From positions 10,541 through 74,540 of the forward strand of contig JBMOIP010000017.1 in NCBI GenBank assembly GCA_049317265.1: a stretch of 64,000 nt of DNA, read 5' to 3'. Below the pieces are notes generated by a model. That model saw nothing but the letters and a program-made list of their open reading frames with translations. It was not told where the DNA came from and did no database searches. This document shows positions 19,106 to 27,163 of the stretch, one piece after another (the stretch's first letter is position 1; each line of letters starts with the position of its first letter). Position numbers and translations under genes: made by a program. This DNA comes from Bacteroidales bacterium. GTDB taxonomy: Bacteria; Bacteroidota; Bacteroidia; Bacteroidales; FEN-979.

Positions 19106-19666
19106 ATGCTCGTTGACGATTCCATAATCGAGGGGTGCATTGCAGGAAAGCGCAGTGCCCAGAGCGCCCTTTACCGCAAGTATGCTGCGGTAATGCTGGC
19201 GTTATGCCTGCGTTATGCCCAAAATCATGATGAAGCGGAAGATATACTCCAGGAAGCGTTCCTTAAAATATTCCAGAATATTACCTCATACAGGAAAGAG
19301 GGTTCATTTGAAGGATGGATGAAGCGGATCATGATCAACCACGCACTTAACTATTACCGGAAAAACCGGAAACTGCCATTTCTGGAGGATATTGCAGGCA
19401 TCAATGAGACAGAGATCGTGGAAAGTGAAGAGCAGCAGGCCTTGCATGCACCGGTGTCAGCCGAAAAGCTGACTGCATTGATCCAGATGCTGCCTCCTGG
19501 CTACAGGATGGTTTTTAACATGTATGTATTTGAAGAATACAGTCATAAAGAAATTTCCCGGGAGTTAAGCATTTCTGAAAATACCTCTAAAACTCAGCTT
19601 CTGAAAGCACGCAGAATGTTGCGTAAAAAATTGGACGAATTAAATCTCATGAAAAATACATTATAG
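19106..19666 (+). CDS. ECF-type RNA polymerase sigma-70 family factor
   Basis: 186 aa. Region 2 is present (DEAEDILQEAFLKIF, FEGWMKRIMINHALNYYRK), as is the region 4 HTH (YSHKEISRELSISENTSKTQLLKARRML). Confidence 0.85.
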   Translation: MLVDDSIIEGCIAGKRSAQSALYRKYAAVMLALCLRYAQNHDEAEDILQEAFLKIFQNITSYRKEGSFEGWMKRIMINHALNYYRKNRKLPFLEDIAGINETEIVESEEQQALHAPVSAEKLTALIQMLPPGYRMVFNMYVFEEYSHKEISRELSISENTSKTQLLKARRMLRKKLDELNLMKNTL

Positions 19667-19670
19667 ATCA

Positions 19671-21086
19671 ATGAGTGACAAGATAGATTTTAAGGCTGTT
19701 AACGAAGGAGGAGCGGATGAGCTGATGCGATCGACCATGGCCGGTCATCGTGTTGAGCCCACACCCGGCCTTTGGAAAGGGATCAGCCGAAGGTTGTTAT
19801 GGAAGGAACTCCTCCATTTCAACTTTACCAACCTTTCACCTAAATACTGGATGGCCGGCACAGCTGGATTATTGGTTGTTGTTACTGCCATCTATTTCGG
19901 ATATCCCGGCGGATTGACCGAACATTCATCGGTGAATCAAATGGTAAGTGCCACACCCGCTTCTTTCACAGGTGAGAAAACAGCCGGGTTGAAGCAGCAG
20001 GCTGCACCAAATGCAAAACCTGCCATTTCAATTAAGGCAGCAAATGAGGCAGCAGAAGTGCAGGACCTTGCTTCTTCGCATCTGCAATCAACAGGGTCAC
20101 CAGTTAAGTCAGTTCCCTATGCAGCGATTCCCGTTTCGGGTAGTCGGCATTCTTCATCACCGGCAATTGCCAGTGAAGTCAACCCTCAGCAAATATATGC
20201 TGTTCCACCTGAACCTTTAGCAGGTCAACTTGATGAAATTGTGTCTGTTGAAGGATTAACCAGGGTTAATCCGTATGAAACACCTCTCCTGGCTGTCTCT
20301 CCGCCTCCTGACACCCTCATCTCCGTCAATACAGCCAACGGAATTGTAAAATTCAGGAAATCATCAAGGGAGGTGAATCAGTTTTTCTCAGTGAATGCTG
20401 GTCTTACCCCTGAGCTTGCATTTTATAACTCATCAGGAACAGCAGCTAACCTTGATTTATGGTTAAATGGAGGATTTACTTACCACATTTCCAGGTTTTC
20501 GTTATCCACCGGACTTGGTTTCGGTTATGTTTACGATCAGGGTAAATACATGGTCGAATACAGGAGCAGGGATAGTGTAGGATATTTCAACAACGTCACA
20601 TCATACACTGTGGGTCAGAATAATGAGATCATTTACAATACGCAAACGACCAATGTGTATGACAGCCTGCAGCATGTTGCAAATTCCCAGACGAAGAACC
20701 GTTACTCCTATATCCAGGTTCCGCTGTTGCTGGGTTACCGGTTTTATGAATCAAAAAGGGTAAGTCTCACTCTTCAGGCCGGTCCGGCCATATCGGTATT
20801 GCTTGGTTCCCGAAAACCTGTACCGGTGATCGACTATCGTAACGCCAGGATCATCAGTGTGGGAAATGAAACCCCATCGCGCATTCAGACAAACTGGCAG
20901 GTATGGGCAACCCTCTACTTTGAAATGAGACTTACCCGGAAGATCAGTTTTTACCTCGAACCATCCTTTAAGTATTTTCTTAAACCTGTGGTTACCCAGG
21001 AAAATGTTGTCTTTAAAGCGCCCATGACGGCCGGTTTGGGTATCGGAATACAATTCAACTTCGGACAAAAAAAATCCACCCCATGA
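19671..21086 (+). CDS. Anti-sigma-like membrane protein fused to a C-terminal outer-membrane beta-barrel-like domain
   Basis: 471 aa. A short cytoplasmic N-terminus carries P.GLWKGISRRL and is followed by one TM helix (WMAGTAGLLVVVTAIYFGY). Next comes an Ala/Ser/Pro-rich linker. The last ~230 aa show an alternating-hydrophobic strand pattern ending GIGIQFNF, typical of porin-family barrels. The gene starts 4 nt after the sigma gene. Confidence 0.5.
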   Translation: MSDKIDFKAVNEGGADELMRSTMAGHRVEPTPGLWKGISRRLLWKELLHFNFTNLSPKYWMAGTAGLLVVVTAIYFGYPGGLTEHSSVNQMVSATPASFTGEKTAGLKQQAAPNAKPAISIKAANEAAEVQDLASSHLQSTGSPVKSVPYAAIPVSGSRHSSSPAIASEVNPQQIYAVPPEPLAGQLDEIVSVEGLTRVNPYETPLLAVSPPPDTLISVNTANGIVKFRKSSREVNQFFSVNAGLTPELAFYNSSGTAANLDLWLNGGFTYHISRFSLSTGLGFGYVYDQGKYMVEYRSRDSVGYFNNVTSYTVGQNNEIIYNTQTTNVYDSLQHVANSQTKNRYSYIQVPLLLGYRFYESKRVSLTLQAGPAISVLLGSRKPVPVIDYRNARIISVGNETPSRIQTNWQVWATLYFEMRLTRKISFYLEPSFKYFLKPVVTQENVVFKAPMTAGLGIGIQFNFGQKKSTP

Positions 21087-22855
21087 GAGTAATCCTGTTG
21101 ATTTTGCTGATCTTTTCAGCTTTCTTTCATGCACCCGGTCAAATTGCCAGTGTTGCCGGAGAGGTCACCTCATGTGATGCCGATTTTACTGTAATTCCGG
21201 ATCCTTTAAATCCCATGGTATTCCATTTTACAGATCAGTCCGGTGGTCAAATTACCCTCTGGCAATGGAGTTTTGGTGATGGAACCTCAACTACATTGCA
21301 GAATCCTGTGCATACTTATCTGCACGGCGGGACCTATTTTGTGTGCCTTACAGTCTCCAATTCCGAGCCGGGGAATATTTGTCACGACGTTATGTGTATC
21401 TATCTGACTGTACACGAACCTGGTACTTGTGTGGCAGACTTTCAATATACCATCGACCCTTTGGATCAGTTCAAGGTGCATTTTACCGACCAGTCGACCG
21501 GGAACATTAACCGCTGGCATTGGGTTTTCGGTGATGGCACATCTTCCGAAGACAGAAATCCTTCTCATACTTTTATCACCCCGGGAGATTACCGGGTATG
21601 TCTGACAGCTTATAATGCCGATTCGGTTTCTGTTTGCAATGATATAAAATGCGACTCGCTGAAGATCATTCCTGCATTGCCATGTCATGCATCGTTTACG
21701 AGTGCGCTTGATTCAATCAATCCTGTTCCAAATACCTTCCTGTTCAAAGATGTTTCGGCAGGGAACCCCAATAAATTTTTATGGAAGTTTAATGATGGTG
21801 CTACCTTCACAACACGGGAAGTCGTGCACCAATTTCAGACACCCGGGGAGCATGAAGTATGCCTTGTGATCAAAAGGGAAGAGCATGGAGATGTAAAATG
21901 CATTGATTCCATATGCCGGACGATTACTTCTGCACAGTACTATGACATTGGCGGTCACCTGTTTGCCGGTGCTTACCCGATCAACAATCCGGTTTCTACT
22001 TCAGATACTGGTGTGGCTTACCTTTTCCGTGCCGACGGACAGGGGATGGTACTGTATGACTCCAGCAGGTTTACCCAGCTCGGGTACTATGCGTTTCCTG
22101 CTAAATTGAATGGCAGTTATATCATCAGGGCCGCGCTTACCTCCGGCTCACTTCATTTCCCCGGTTTTTTCCCAACCTATTACCAGCAGGGATTGGCGTG
22201 GAAGGAGACAAATACGCTGAATCTTGGGTCAGGGAGCACCTATGTCGCAGATATTCATCTTGTTCCAACAGTCGAATTGTCCCCGGGACCAGGGTCGGTC
22301 TCCGGCACTGTTGTGAAAGAGACCTTAAAAGATAATTTTCAGGAAATTTCATTCGCAGAGGTTATTTTGTACGATGCCGGGATGACCCCGGCGCGTTTCA
22401 GTATTACAGGAAAATCCGGACAGTTCGGATTTCAAAACCTGCCGCCGGGAATGTATCATTTGTATGTAGAGTATCCGGGGAAATTTTCCAGGCTGACATC
22501 CATCTGGCTCGATTCGAATGTAGCGGTTGTTGACAGTCTTCGTCTCGAGGTCTTCGACCACGATGTAACCGGATTAAATGAAGGAGCCGTTGTTCCTGCA
22601 CTTTCGTTTGATTTATTTCCCAACCCTTCAGGGAGTATCGTGAACCTGGCTTTTCAGCTTGGAAAGGCGGCAGCCCTGAAAGTGGAAATCAGGACATTGA
22701 CCGGCCAGCCGGTATGGGATGGAACATTATCGTGCACAAAGGGGGCCAACATGGTAGCATTACCTGTGGGGGAGATCGGTAAGGGATTGTATCTCGTCGT
22801 GATCAAAACCATGGAGGGTGGGCAAATGGCCGTAAAAAAACTGGTCCGGTATTAA
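21083..22855 (+). CDS. PKD-domain protein with carboxypeptidase-regulatory-like beta-sandwich modules and a T9SS C-terminal sorting domain
   Basis: 590 aa with a signal peptide. Three PKD repeats are present (WQWSFGDGTSTTLQNPVHTY..GTYFVCLTV; WHWVFGDGTSSEDRNPSHTF..GDYRVCLTA; WKFNDGATFTTREVVHQF..GEHEVCLVI). The C-terminus reads FDLFPNPSGSIVNLAFQL...GLYLVVIKT. The ATGA start overlaps the stop of the upstream gene. Confidence 0.75.
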   Translation: MRVILLILLIFSAFFHAPGQIASVAGEVTSCDADFTVIPDPLNPMVFHFTDQSGGQITLWQWSFGDGTSTTLQNPVHTYLHGGTYFVCLTVSNSEPGNICHDVMCIYLTVHEPGTCVADFQYTIDPLDQFKVHFTDQSTGNINRWHWVFGDGTSSEDRNPSHTFITPGDYRVCLTAYNADSVSVCNDIKCDSLKIIPALPCHASFTSALDSINPVPNTFLFKDVSAGNPNKFLWKFNDGATFTTREVVHQFQTPGEHEVCLVIKREEHGDVKCIDSICRTITSAQYYDIGGHLFAGAYPINNPVSTSDTGVAYLFRADGQGMVLYDSSRFTQLGYYAFPAKLNGSYIIRAALTSGSLHFPGFFPTYYQQGLAWKETNTLNLGSGSTYVADIHLVPTVELSPGPGSVSGTVVKETLKDNFQEISFAEVILYDAGMTPARFSITGKSGQFGFQNLPPGMYHLYVEYPGKFSRLTSIWLDSNVAVVDSLRLEVFDHDVTGLNEGAVVPALSFDLFPNPSGSIVNLAFQLGKAAALKVEIRTLTGQPVWDGTLSCTKGANMVALPVGEIGKGLYLVVIKTMEGGQMAVKKLVRY

Positions 22856-22902
22856 AGGATGATTGAACTGCAGATTATGACACGGATAGCCTCCTGCATT
22901 TG

Positions 22903-23430
22903 ATGGATCAGGACAAAGAGTTGCTGGTAAAGTGCCTGGAGAGGGATGCAGAGGCAGAAAAGCAGTTGTATGATCGCTTTGCACCCAAAATGTATGGTGT
23001 TTGTTTGCGTTTTGCCGGAAACAGGATGGAAGCCGAGGATATTCTCCAGAACGGGTTCATTTACCTGTTTGGGAATTTAAAGAAGTTCAGGTTTGAGGGG
23101 AGCCTGGAGGGTTGGGTTCGCCGGATTTTTGTGAATGCAGCCATTAACTACTATCGGTCTAACCTGAAATTTAAAGTGCAGGTTGAATTGCCAGGTGAAA
23201 TGGAGAATACCCTCTTGAATGAGGATGCTCTTTCGGCGATGTCAACTAAGGAATTACTGAAAGTTATCCAGGGCCTTCATCCCAGGTATCGTACAATTTT
23301 CAACTTGTATGTTATAGAAAATTACGGACATAAGGAGATTTCTGAAATGCTCGGGATTTCCGTGGGAACCTCTAAGGCACAACTTTGTCGCGCAAAACAA
23401 ATCATCAGGAAAATTTTATTGGATCAGTAA
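22903..23430 (+). CDS. ECF-type RNA polymerase sigma-70 family factor (paralog 2)
   Basis: The ATG at 22903 follows a TTG at 22900. Region 2 reads MEAEDILQNGFIYLF, LEGWVRRIFVNAAINYYRS; region 4 reads YGHKEISEMLGISVGTSKAQLCRAKQII. Confidence 0.85.
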   Translation: MDQDKELLVKCLERDAEAEKQLYDRFAPKMYGVCLRFAGNRMEAEDILQNGFIYLFGNLKKFRFEGSLEGWVRRIFVNAAINYYRSNLKFKVQVELPGEMENTLLNEDALSAMSTKELLKVIQGLHPRYRTIFNLYVIENYGHKEISEMLGISVGTSKAQLCRAKQIIRKILLDQ

Positions 23431-23459
23431 AAACAGGTTACCAACACAAACAACTCCAC

Positions 23460-24035
23460 ATGGAAGAATCGGATCCCATAGAAGATAAGTTCAGGTCATC
23501 TTTCTCAGATTTTGAAAAGGAGCCGCCCGCAGCGGTATGGGCGAACCTTCACAAGGAACTTCATCCGGTGCCAAAACCTGGAAATCTATGGCAGCGGATC
23601 ATCGGGCATCTTCACCTGAAGAGTCTGCCACTAGGCGTTTACCTGGCTTTTGGTGGTATTTCCGGCTGCCTGGTCTTGGGCATGGTGTACCTGGATTATA
23701 AAAACCACTCATCCATCCGGGGTCATGCCTATGCAGGAGATCTTCGTCTTCATAGCGGATCGGCAGAGTTATTTCAGGTGGATGATAAAACAATGCCCTG
23801 GGATTCGGCAACCTATTACCGTTCGGCGATTATTGAGAGTTCCGGTGATTTTCAATTCACAAAGATCGCTGCCGGAAATTATATATTGCGGATTGCCCCG
23901 GAGAGAAATTCGGAAACGGCGGGCTCTTTTCAGCCTTCATGGTTTGAAAACTGTACTGAACCGGATTCCTGCAGGTTGATTGAAATCAGGAAAGGGGATG
24001 TTAATGTTGAAGCGCACTTGATGCCAAAGAAGTGA
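23460..24035 (+). CDS. Anti-sigma-like single-pass membrane protein with a periplasmic beta-sandwich (CarboxypepD_reg-like) domain
   Basis: The start is set at the ATG at 23460 (MEESDPIEDKF...). The EPPAAVWANLHKEL motif parallels the protein at 19671. There is one TM helix (LPLGVYLAFGGISGCLVLGMVYL). The C-terminal domain contains GNYILRIAP. Confidence 0.5.
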   Translation: MEESDPIEDKFRSSFSDFEKEPPAAVWANLHKELHPVPKPGNLWQRIIGHLHLKSLPLGVYLAFGGISGCLVLGMVYLDYKNHSSIRGHAYAGDLRLHSGSAELFQVDDKTMPWDSATYYRSAIIESSGDFQFTKIAAGNYILRIAPERNSETAGSFQPSWFENCTEPDSCRLIEIRKGDVNVEAHLMPKK

Positions 24036-24060
24036 TAAAGTGTTAAGTGTTAAGGGTTAA
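24032..24060. repeat. Short tandem 7-8-bp array (GTGATAAA GTGTTAA GTGTTAA GGGTTAA)
   Basis: Read directly from the sequence. It spans the junction between the anti-sigma stop (24033-24035) and the convergent queD 3' end. Confidence 0.6.
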
Positions 24061-24514
24061 GAGGGGATTGGTTGTCGTTGGCGAACCATTCGGCGTAGGA
24101 GGTGGCCGTTTCCCTGAGGCGCATGCTGTAAAGTTTTATACCATCCGGCAATAGTTCATCGATCCGTCTTGAAAAATCAAGCAGGAAGTTTTCGCTGGTA
24201 GGCTGGTAAGGGAGAAAGACAATATTGGTGAATGGCTCACCGGATGCTTGCAGTTGTTTTTGCGGAATATCCGAATTTAAAAGCAAAGCATGATCCAGCG
24301 GATCAACAATATGTTTTTTAACGATCTTCTTCAGATCCCCGAAATCCATCACCATTCCCAGTTTTGATGAGGAGGTGTCGGTGACAGGTGTGCCGATAAC
24401 AGTTACAGACAATTCATAGGAATGGCCGTGAACATTTTTACATGGGCCATCGTATCCCATCAGCGCATGGGCAGCTTCAAACCTGAATTCCTTTGTGACC
24501 CTTATCTGGTTCAT
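24050..24514 (-). CDS. queD: 6-carboxy-5,6,7,8-tetrahydropterin synthase (QueD-type COG0720)
   Basis: 154 aa with FRFEAAHALMGYDGPCKNVHGHSYEL, which contains the C-x3-HGH motif characteristic of QueD. Confidence 0.8.
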   Translation of the reverse strand: MNQIRVTKEFRFEAAHALMGYDGPCKNVHGHSYELSVTVIGTPVTDTSSSKLGMVMDFGDLKKIVKKHIVDPLDHALLLNSDIPQKQLQASGEPFTNIVFLPYQPTSENFLLDFSRRIDELLPDGIKLYSMRLRETATSYAEWFANDNQSPLNP

Positions 24515-24531
24515 GTGAGTTGATTGTGTGG

Positions 24532-24539
24532 CAAAGATA
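24532..24539 (-). promoter_or_regulatory. -7 promoter box (TATCTTTG on minus strand) for queD
   Basis: CAAAGATA on the plus strand is an exact TAnnTTTG match on the minus strand, 18 nt upstream of the ATG at 24514. Confidence 0.5.
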
Positions 24540-24570
24540 TGAAAATTGAAGGAGCCGGATACATCGGTAA

Positions 24571-25128
24571 TCAGATGGCAAGGTGTTCAATGACCACTTT
24601 TATACCGATAGCGATCAAAACGATCCCCCCGGCAAATTCGGCCCACCTGGCCGGGATGAACGTGGTTTTTTCACCAAGTTTGGCGCCCGCCACTGATACA
24701 CCAAAAGTGATCACTGAAATTATAATCACAGCCTCGTAAATATTTGCCCTGATGAATCCAAAACCGACTCCTGTTATCAATGCATCGATACTTGTGGCAA
24801 CCGACAGGGAGAGTAAGACGGATATTTTCCTGATATCAATAGGTTTTTTGTCATCGCCAGTCAGAAAGGATTGCCACACCATTTTCAGGCCGATAGAGGC
24901 AAGGATGGCGAAAGCAATCCAATGATCAACCGGTTCGATCATTGATTGAAGGCTGTGCCCTACAATCCACCCTATGAGGGGCATGATCCCCTGGAATACT
25001 CCGAACAGGAGCGCCATCCGTAAAACATCCTTCCAGACAAGGCGCCCGGAAACGCCAAAGGTAAGTGCTACCGCAAAGCAATCCATCGACAGCCCCAGCG
25101 AGATCAGGAAAAGTTCAGCAAAGTTCAA
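24571..25128 (-). CDS. mntP: Manganese efflux pump MntP
   Basis: 185 aa with six hydrophobic helices. N-terminal LISLGLSMDCFAVAL and internal LSVATSIDAL repeats are typical of MntP/YebN. The start overlaps the upstream GAF gene stop (ATGA). Confidence 0.85.
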   Translation of the reverse strand: MNFAELFLISLGLSMDCFAVALTFGVSGRLVWKDVLRMALLFGVFQGIMPLIGWIVGHSLQSMIEPVDHWIAFAILASIGLKMVWQSFLTGDDKKPIDIRKISVLLSLSVATSIDALITGVGFGFIRANIYEAVIIISVITFGVSVAGAKLGEKTTFIPARWAEFAGGIVLIAIGIKVVIEHLAI

Positions 25129-25586
25129 TGGTAGATGAGATTAACAATTTTCTCCAGCCAAAAGGCATCGGTGGCATCGAAGGATCCTTTTACTTCACTG
25201 TCGACGTCGAGAACCCCAATGATCTCATTGGCAGGATTTCTGACCGGAACTACAACCTCCGACTCCGATCTTGAATCACAGGCAATATGTCCGGGGAAGA
25301 GGTGAACATCAGGGACCACAACTGTTTTCTGCTGGTCGATAGATGCCCAGCATACACCAGTATGCTGCTGAAGAACCTGGCAGGCGAGGGGACCCTGGTA
25401 GGTTTTAACAGTAAGTTCCCCTGATTTTAACAGGTAAAAGCCCGTCCAGAAAAAATACTCCATTTTGTGATGAAGAACGGCCACGATCGTAGCCATTCGG
25501 GCATCCGGGTCTGAGGACTTGGACATCAGTCCCTCCAATTGTCCGAACAGCCTCTGATACCGGGCCTCTTTTTTAGCAATGTCCAT
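25125..25586 (-). CDS. GAF-domain protein, free methionine-(R)-sulfoxide reductase-like (YebR/fRMsr family)
   Basis: 153 aa. GFYLL...LTVKTYQGPLACQVL..GVCW...PDVHLFPGHIACDSRSESEVVVPV matches my recollection of the fRMsr GAF family, including its conserved Cys residues. Confidence 0.7.
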   Translation of the reverse strand: MDIAKKEARYQRLFGQLEGLMSKSSDPDARMATIVAVLHHKMEYFFWTGFYLLKSGELTVKTYQGPLACQVLQQHTGVCWASIDQQKTVVVPDVHLFPGHIACDSRSESEVVVPVRNPANEIIGVLDVDSEVKGSFDATDAFWLEKIVNLIYH

Positions 25587-25594
25587 AATTGGAA

Positions 25595-26968
25595 TCAGGC
25601 AATTTCAAGTGAAACGGTGAAATGCCTCATGATGGGTGCTTCAGTTACTATTTTCAACCCTTTTTGAATGGAATCACGACGGTCGTAAATGTTTTTCAGC
25701 GCCACGGCCACCACATCCATATGGTTGTTGGTGTAGACCCTTCTGGGGATTGCCAAGCGCATTAGTTCCAGGGCCGGATAACGATTTTTACGTGTTACAG
25801 GGTCGCGGTCGGCCAGGATAGCGCCGATTTCAACGCCACGCACACCGGCCTCCTTGTATAGTTCCACTGCAAGCGTTTGGGCCTGGAACTGCTCTTTGGG
25901 AAGCTGGGGTAAAAACCGCTTTGCATCCACAAAAACAGCATGACCGCCAATAGGTTGCTGAACAGGAATCCCAAATTCCATGAGGCGTTTGCCAAGGTAC
26001 TCCACCTGGCGTATCCGTGTTTCAAGATAGTCGAACTCTGTACCATCATAAAGACCCTGGGCAAGGGCATTCATGTCGCGCCCCGACATGCCGCCGTAAG
26101 TGATATAACCCTCGAACATGATGTTGAAAACACTCGCCTGGCTGTGGAGTTCCCTGCTTCTCATGGCAATGAAACCGCCCATGTTGACAATCGCATCTTT
26201 CTTGGCGCTCATGGTCATCGCATCGGCACAGGCAAACATCTCAAGGACAATCTCCCGGATGGTTTTATCCTGGTATCCTTTTTCACGCAGTTTAATGAAA
26301 TAGGCATTTTCAGCAAAACGGGCAGAGTCAAATACAACCAGCTTTCCATATTTATCGGCAAGCTGTCGCACCATCTTCAGGTTCTCAATCGAAACAGGCT
26401 GACCGCCCGAGGAGTTACAGGTTACCGTAACGACGATAAACCGGATTTTATCTCCACCCGATTTCAGGGTGTTTTCAAGTTTTACCGGGTCCAGGTTGCC
26501 CTTGAACGGGTGAGACAGGGTAGTGTCAAAAGCTTCATCGATGGTGCAGTCAACCGCTGTTGCCTTGCGGAATTCGATGTGACCTTTGGTGGTGTCAAAA
26601 TGTGAATTCCCGGGAACAAGATCCCCTTCTTTGATAAGCACTGAAAACAGCACATTTTCCGCTGCACGGCCCTGGTGGGTCGGCAAATAGTAGTCAAAAC
26701 CAAGCACCTTCTGTATGGCATCCTTCATTTTAAAGTAAGAAGATGCCCCTGCATAACTCTCATCACCCAGCATCATTTCCGACCATTGCCGGTCGCTCAT
26801 GGCGCCCGTACCCGAATCGGTGAGGAGGTCGATGAACACCTGGTCGCTTTTCAATCCAAAAAGGTTGTAATTGGCATCCCTGATCCACTTTTCTCGTTCC
26901 TGGCGGCTGCTCTTCCGGATCGGTTCCACCATCTTAATCTTAAAGGATTCGGCGAATGGTAACTCCAT
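25595..26968 (-). CDS. tnaA: Tryptophanase / tyrosine phenol-lyase family beta-eliminating lyase
   Basis: The start is at the ATG at 26968 (MELPFAESFKIKMVEPIRKSSRQEREKWI...). The TACCTTTG box at 26993-27000 argues against the longer ORF. Motifs DLLTDSGTGAMS and the PLP-lysine region MSAKKDAIVNMGG are present. Tryptophan versus tyrosine specificity is not resolved. Confidence 0.8.
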   Translation of the reverse strand: MELPFAESFKIKMVEPIRKSSRQEREKWIRDANYNLFGLKSDQVFIDLLTDSGTGAMSDRQWSEMMLGDESYAGASSYFKMKDAIQKVLGFDYYLPTHQGRAAENVLFSVLIKEGDLVPGNSHFDTTKGHIEFRKATAVDCTIDEAFDTTLSHPFKGNLDPVKLENTLKSGGDKIRFIVVTVTCNSSGGQPVSIENLKMVRQLADKYGKLVVFDSARFAENAYFIKLREKGYQDKTIREIVLEMFACADAMTMSAKKDAIVNMGGFIAMRSRELHSQASVFNIMFEGYITYGGMSGRDMNALAQGLYDGTEFDYLETRIRQVEYLGKRLMEFGIPVQQPIGGHAVFVDAKRFLPQLPKEQFQAQTLAVELYKEAGVRGVEIGAILADRDPVTRKNRYPALELMRLAIPRRVYTNNHMDVVAVALKNIYDRRDSIQKGLKIVTEAPIMRHFTVSLEIA

Positions 26969-26992
26969 ATTGTTATGGTTAAATGGTTTCAG

Positions 26993-27000
26993 CAAAGGTA
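26993..27000 (-). promoter_or_regulatory. -7 promoter box (TACCTTTG on minus strand) for the tnaA-GAF-mntP unit
   Basis: CAAAGGTA on the plus strand is an exact TAnnTTTG match on the minus strand, 25 nt upstream of the ATG at 26968. Confidence 0.5.
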
Positions 27001-27057
27001 GGATATTATTTCAAACAATTTTTTTCGTAACTGCTTGTCTGTTTGCTAAAAATCGCG

Positions 27058-27065
27058 TAGGTTTG
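27058..27065 (+). promoter_or_regulatory. -7 promoter box (TAGGTTTG) upstream of ptb
   Basis: Exact TAnnTTTG match about 100 nt upstream of the ptb ATG. The octamer array at 27082-27137 would then lie in the 5' leader. Confidence 0.4.
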
Positions 27066-27081
27066 CCCCAAGGAAACGATT

Positions 27082-27137
27082 GTGAACAGGTTAACAGGAA
27101 AACAGTTAATCAGGTTGACCGGTACACTGGTAATTCG
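27082..27137. repeat. Degenerate tandem octamer array, 7 copies (GTGAACAG GTTAACAG GAAAACAG TTAATCAG GTTGACCG GTACACTG GTAATTCG)
   Basis: Counted directly; the period is exactly 8 bp. G8 is conserved in 7/7 copies, G1, T2 and C6 in 6/7, and A5 in 5/7. The consensus matches the array at 46742-46789. Confidence 0.8.
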
Positions 27138-27163
27138 TAATTTTTAATTTTTAATCCAAGCAG

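Noticed and set aside
22856-22902. ECF-type promoter (GAAC ... CGT) upstream of the second sigma gene
   Set aside because: A GAAC is present, but the downstream CGG/CGT-like element is at the wrong spacing (14 nt) and there is no other support.
25125-25200. yybP-ykoY Mn riboswitch ahead of mntP
   Set aside because: The mntP start codon overlaps the stop of the upstream GAF gene, so there is no untranslated leader in which a riboswitch could reside.
25940-26605. 221-aa plus-strand ORF
   Set aside because: It is antisense to the tryptophanase-family gene and has no motif support.
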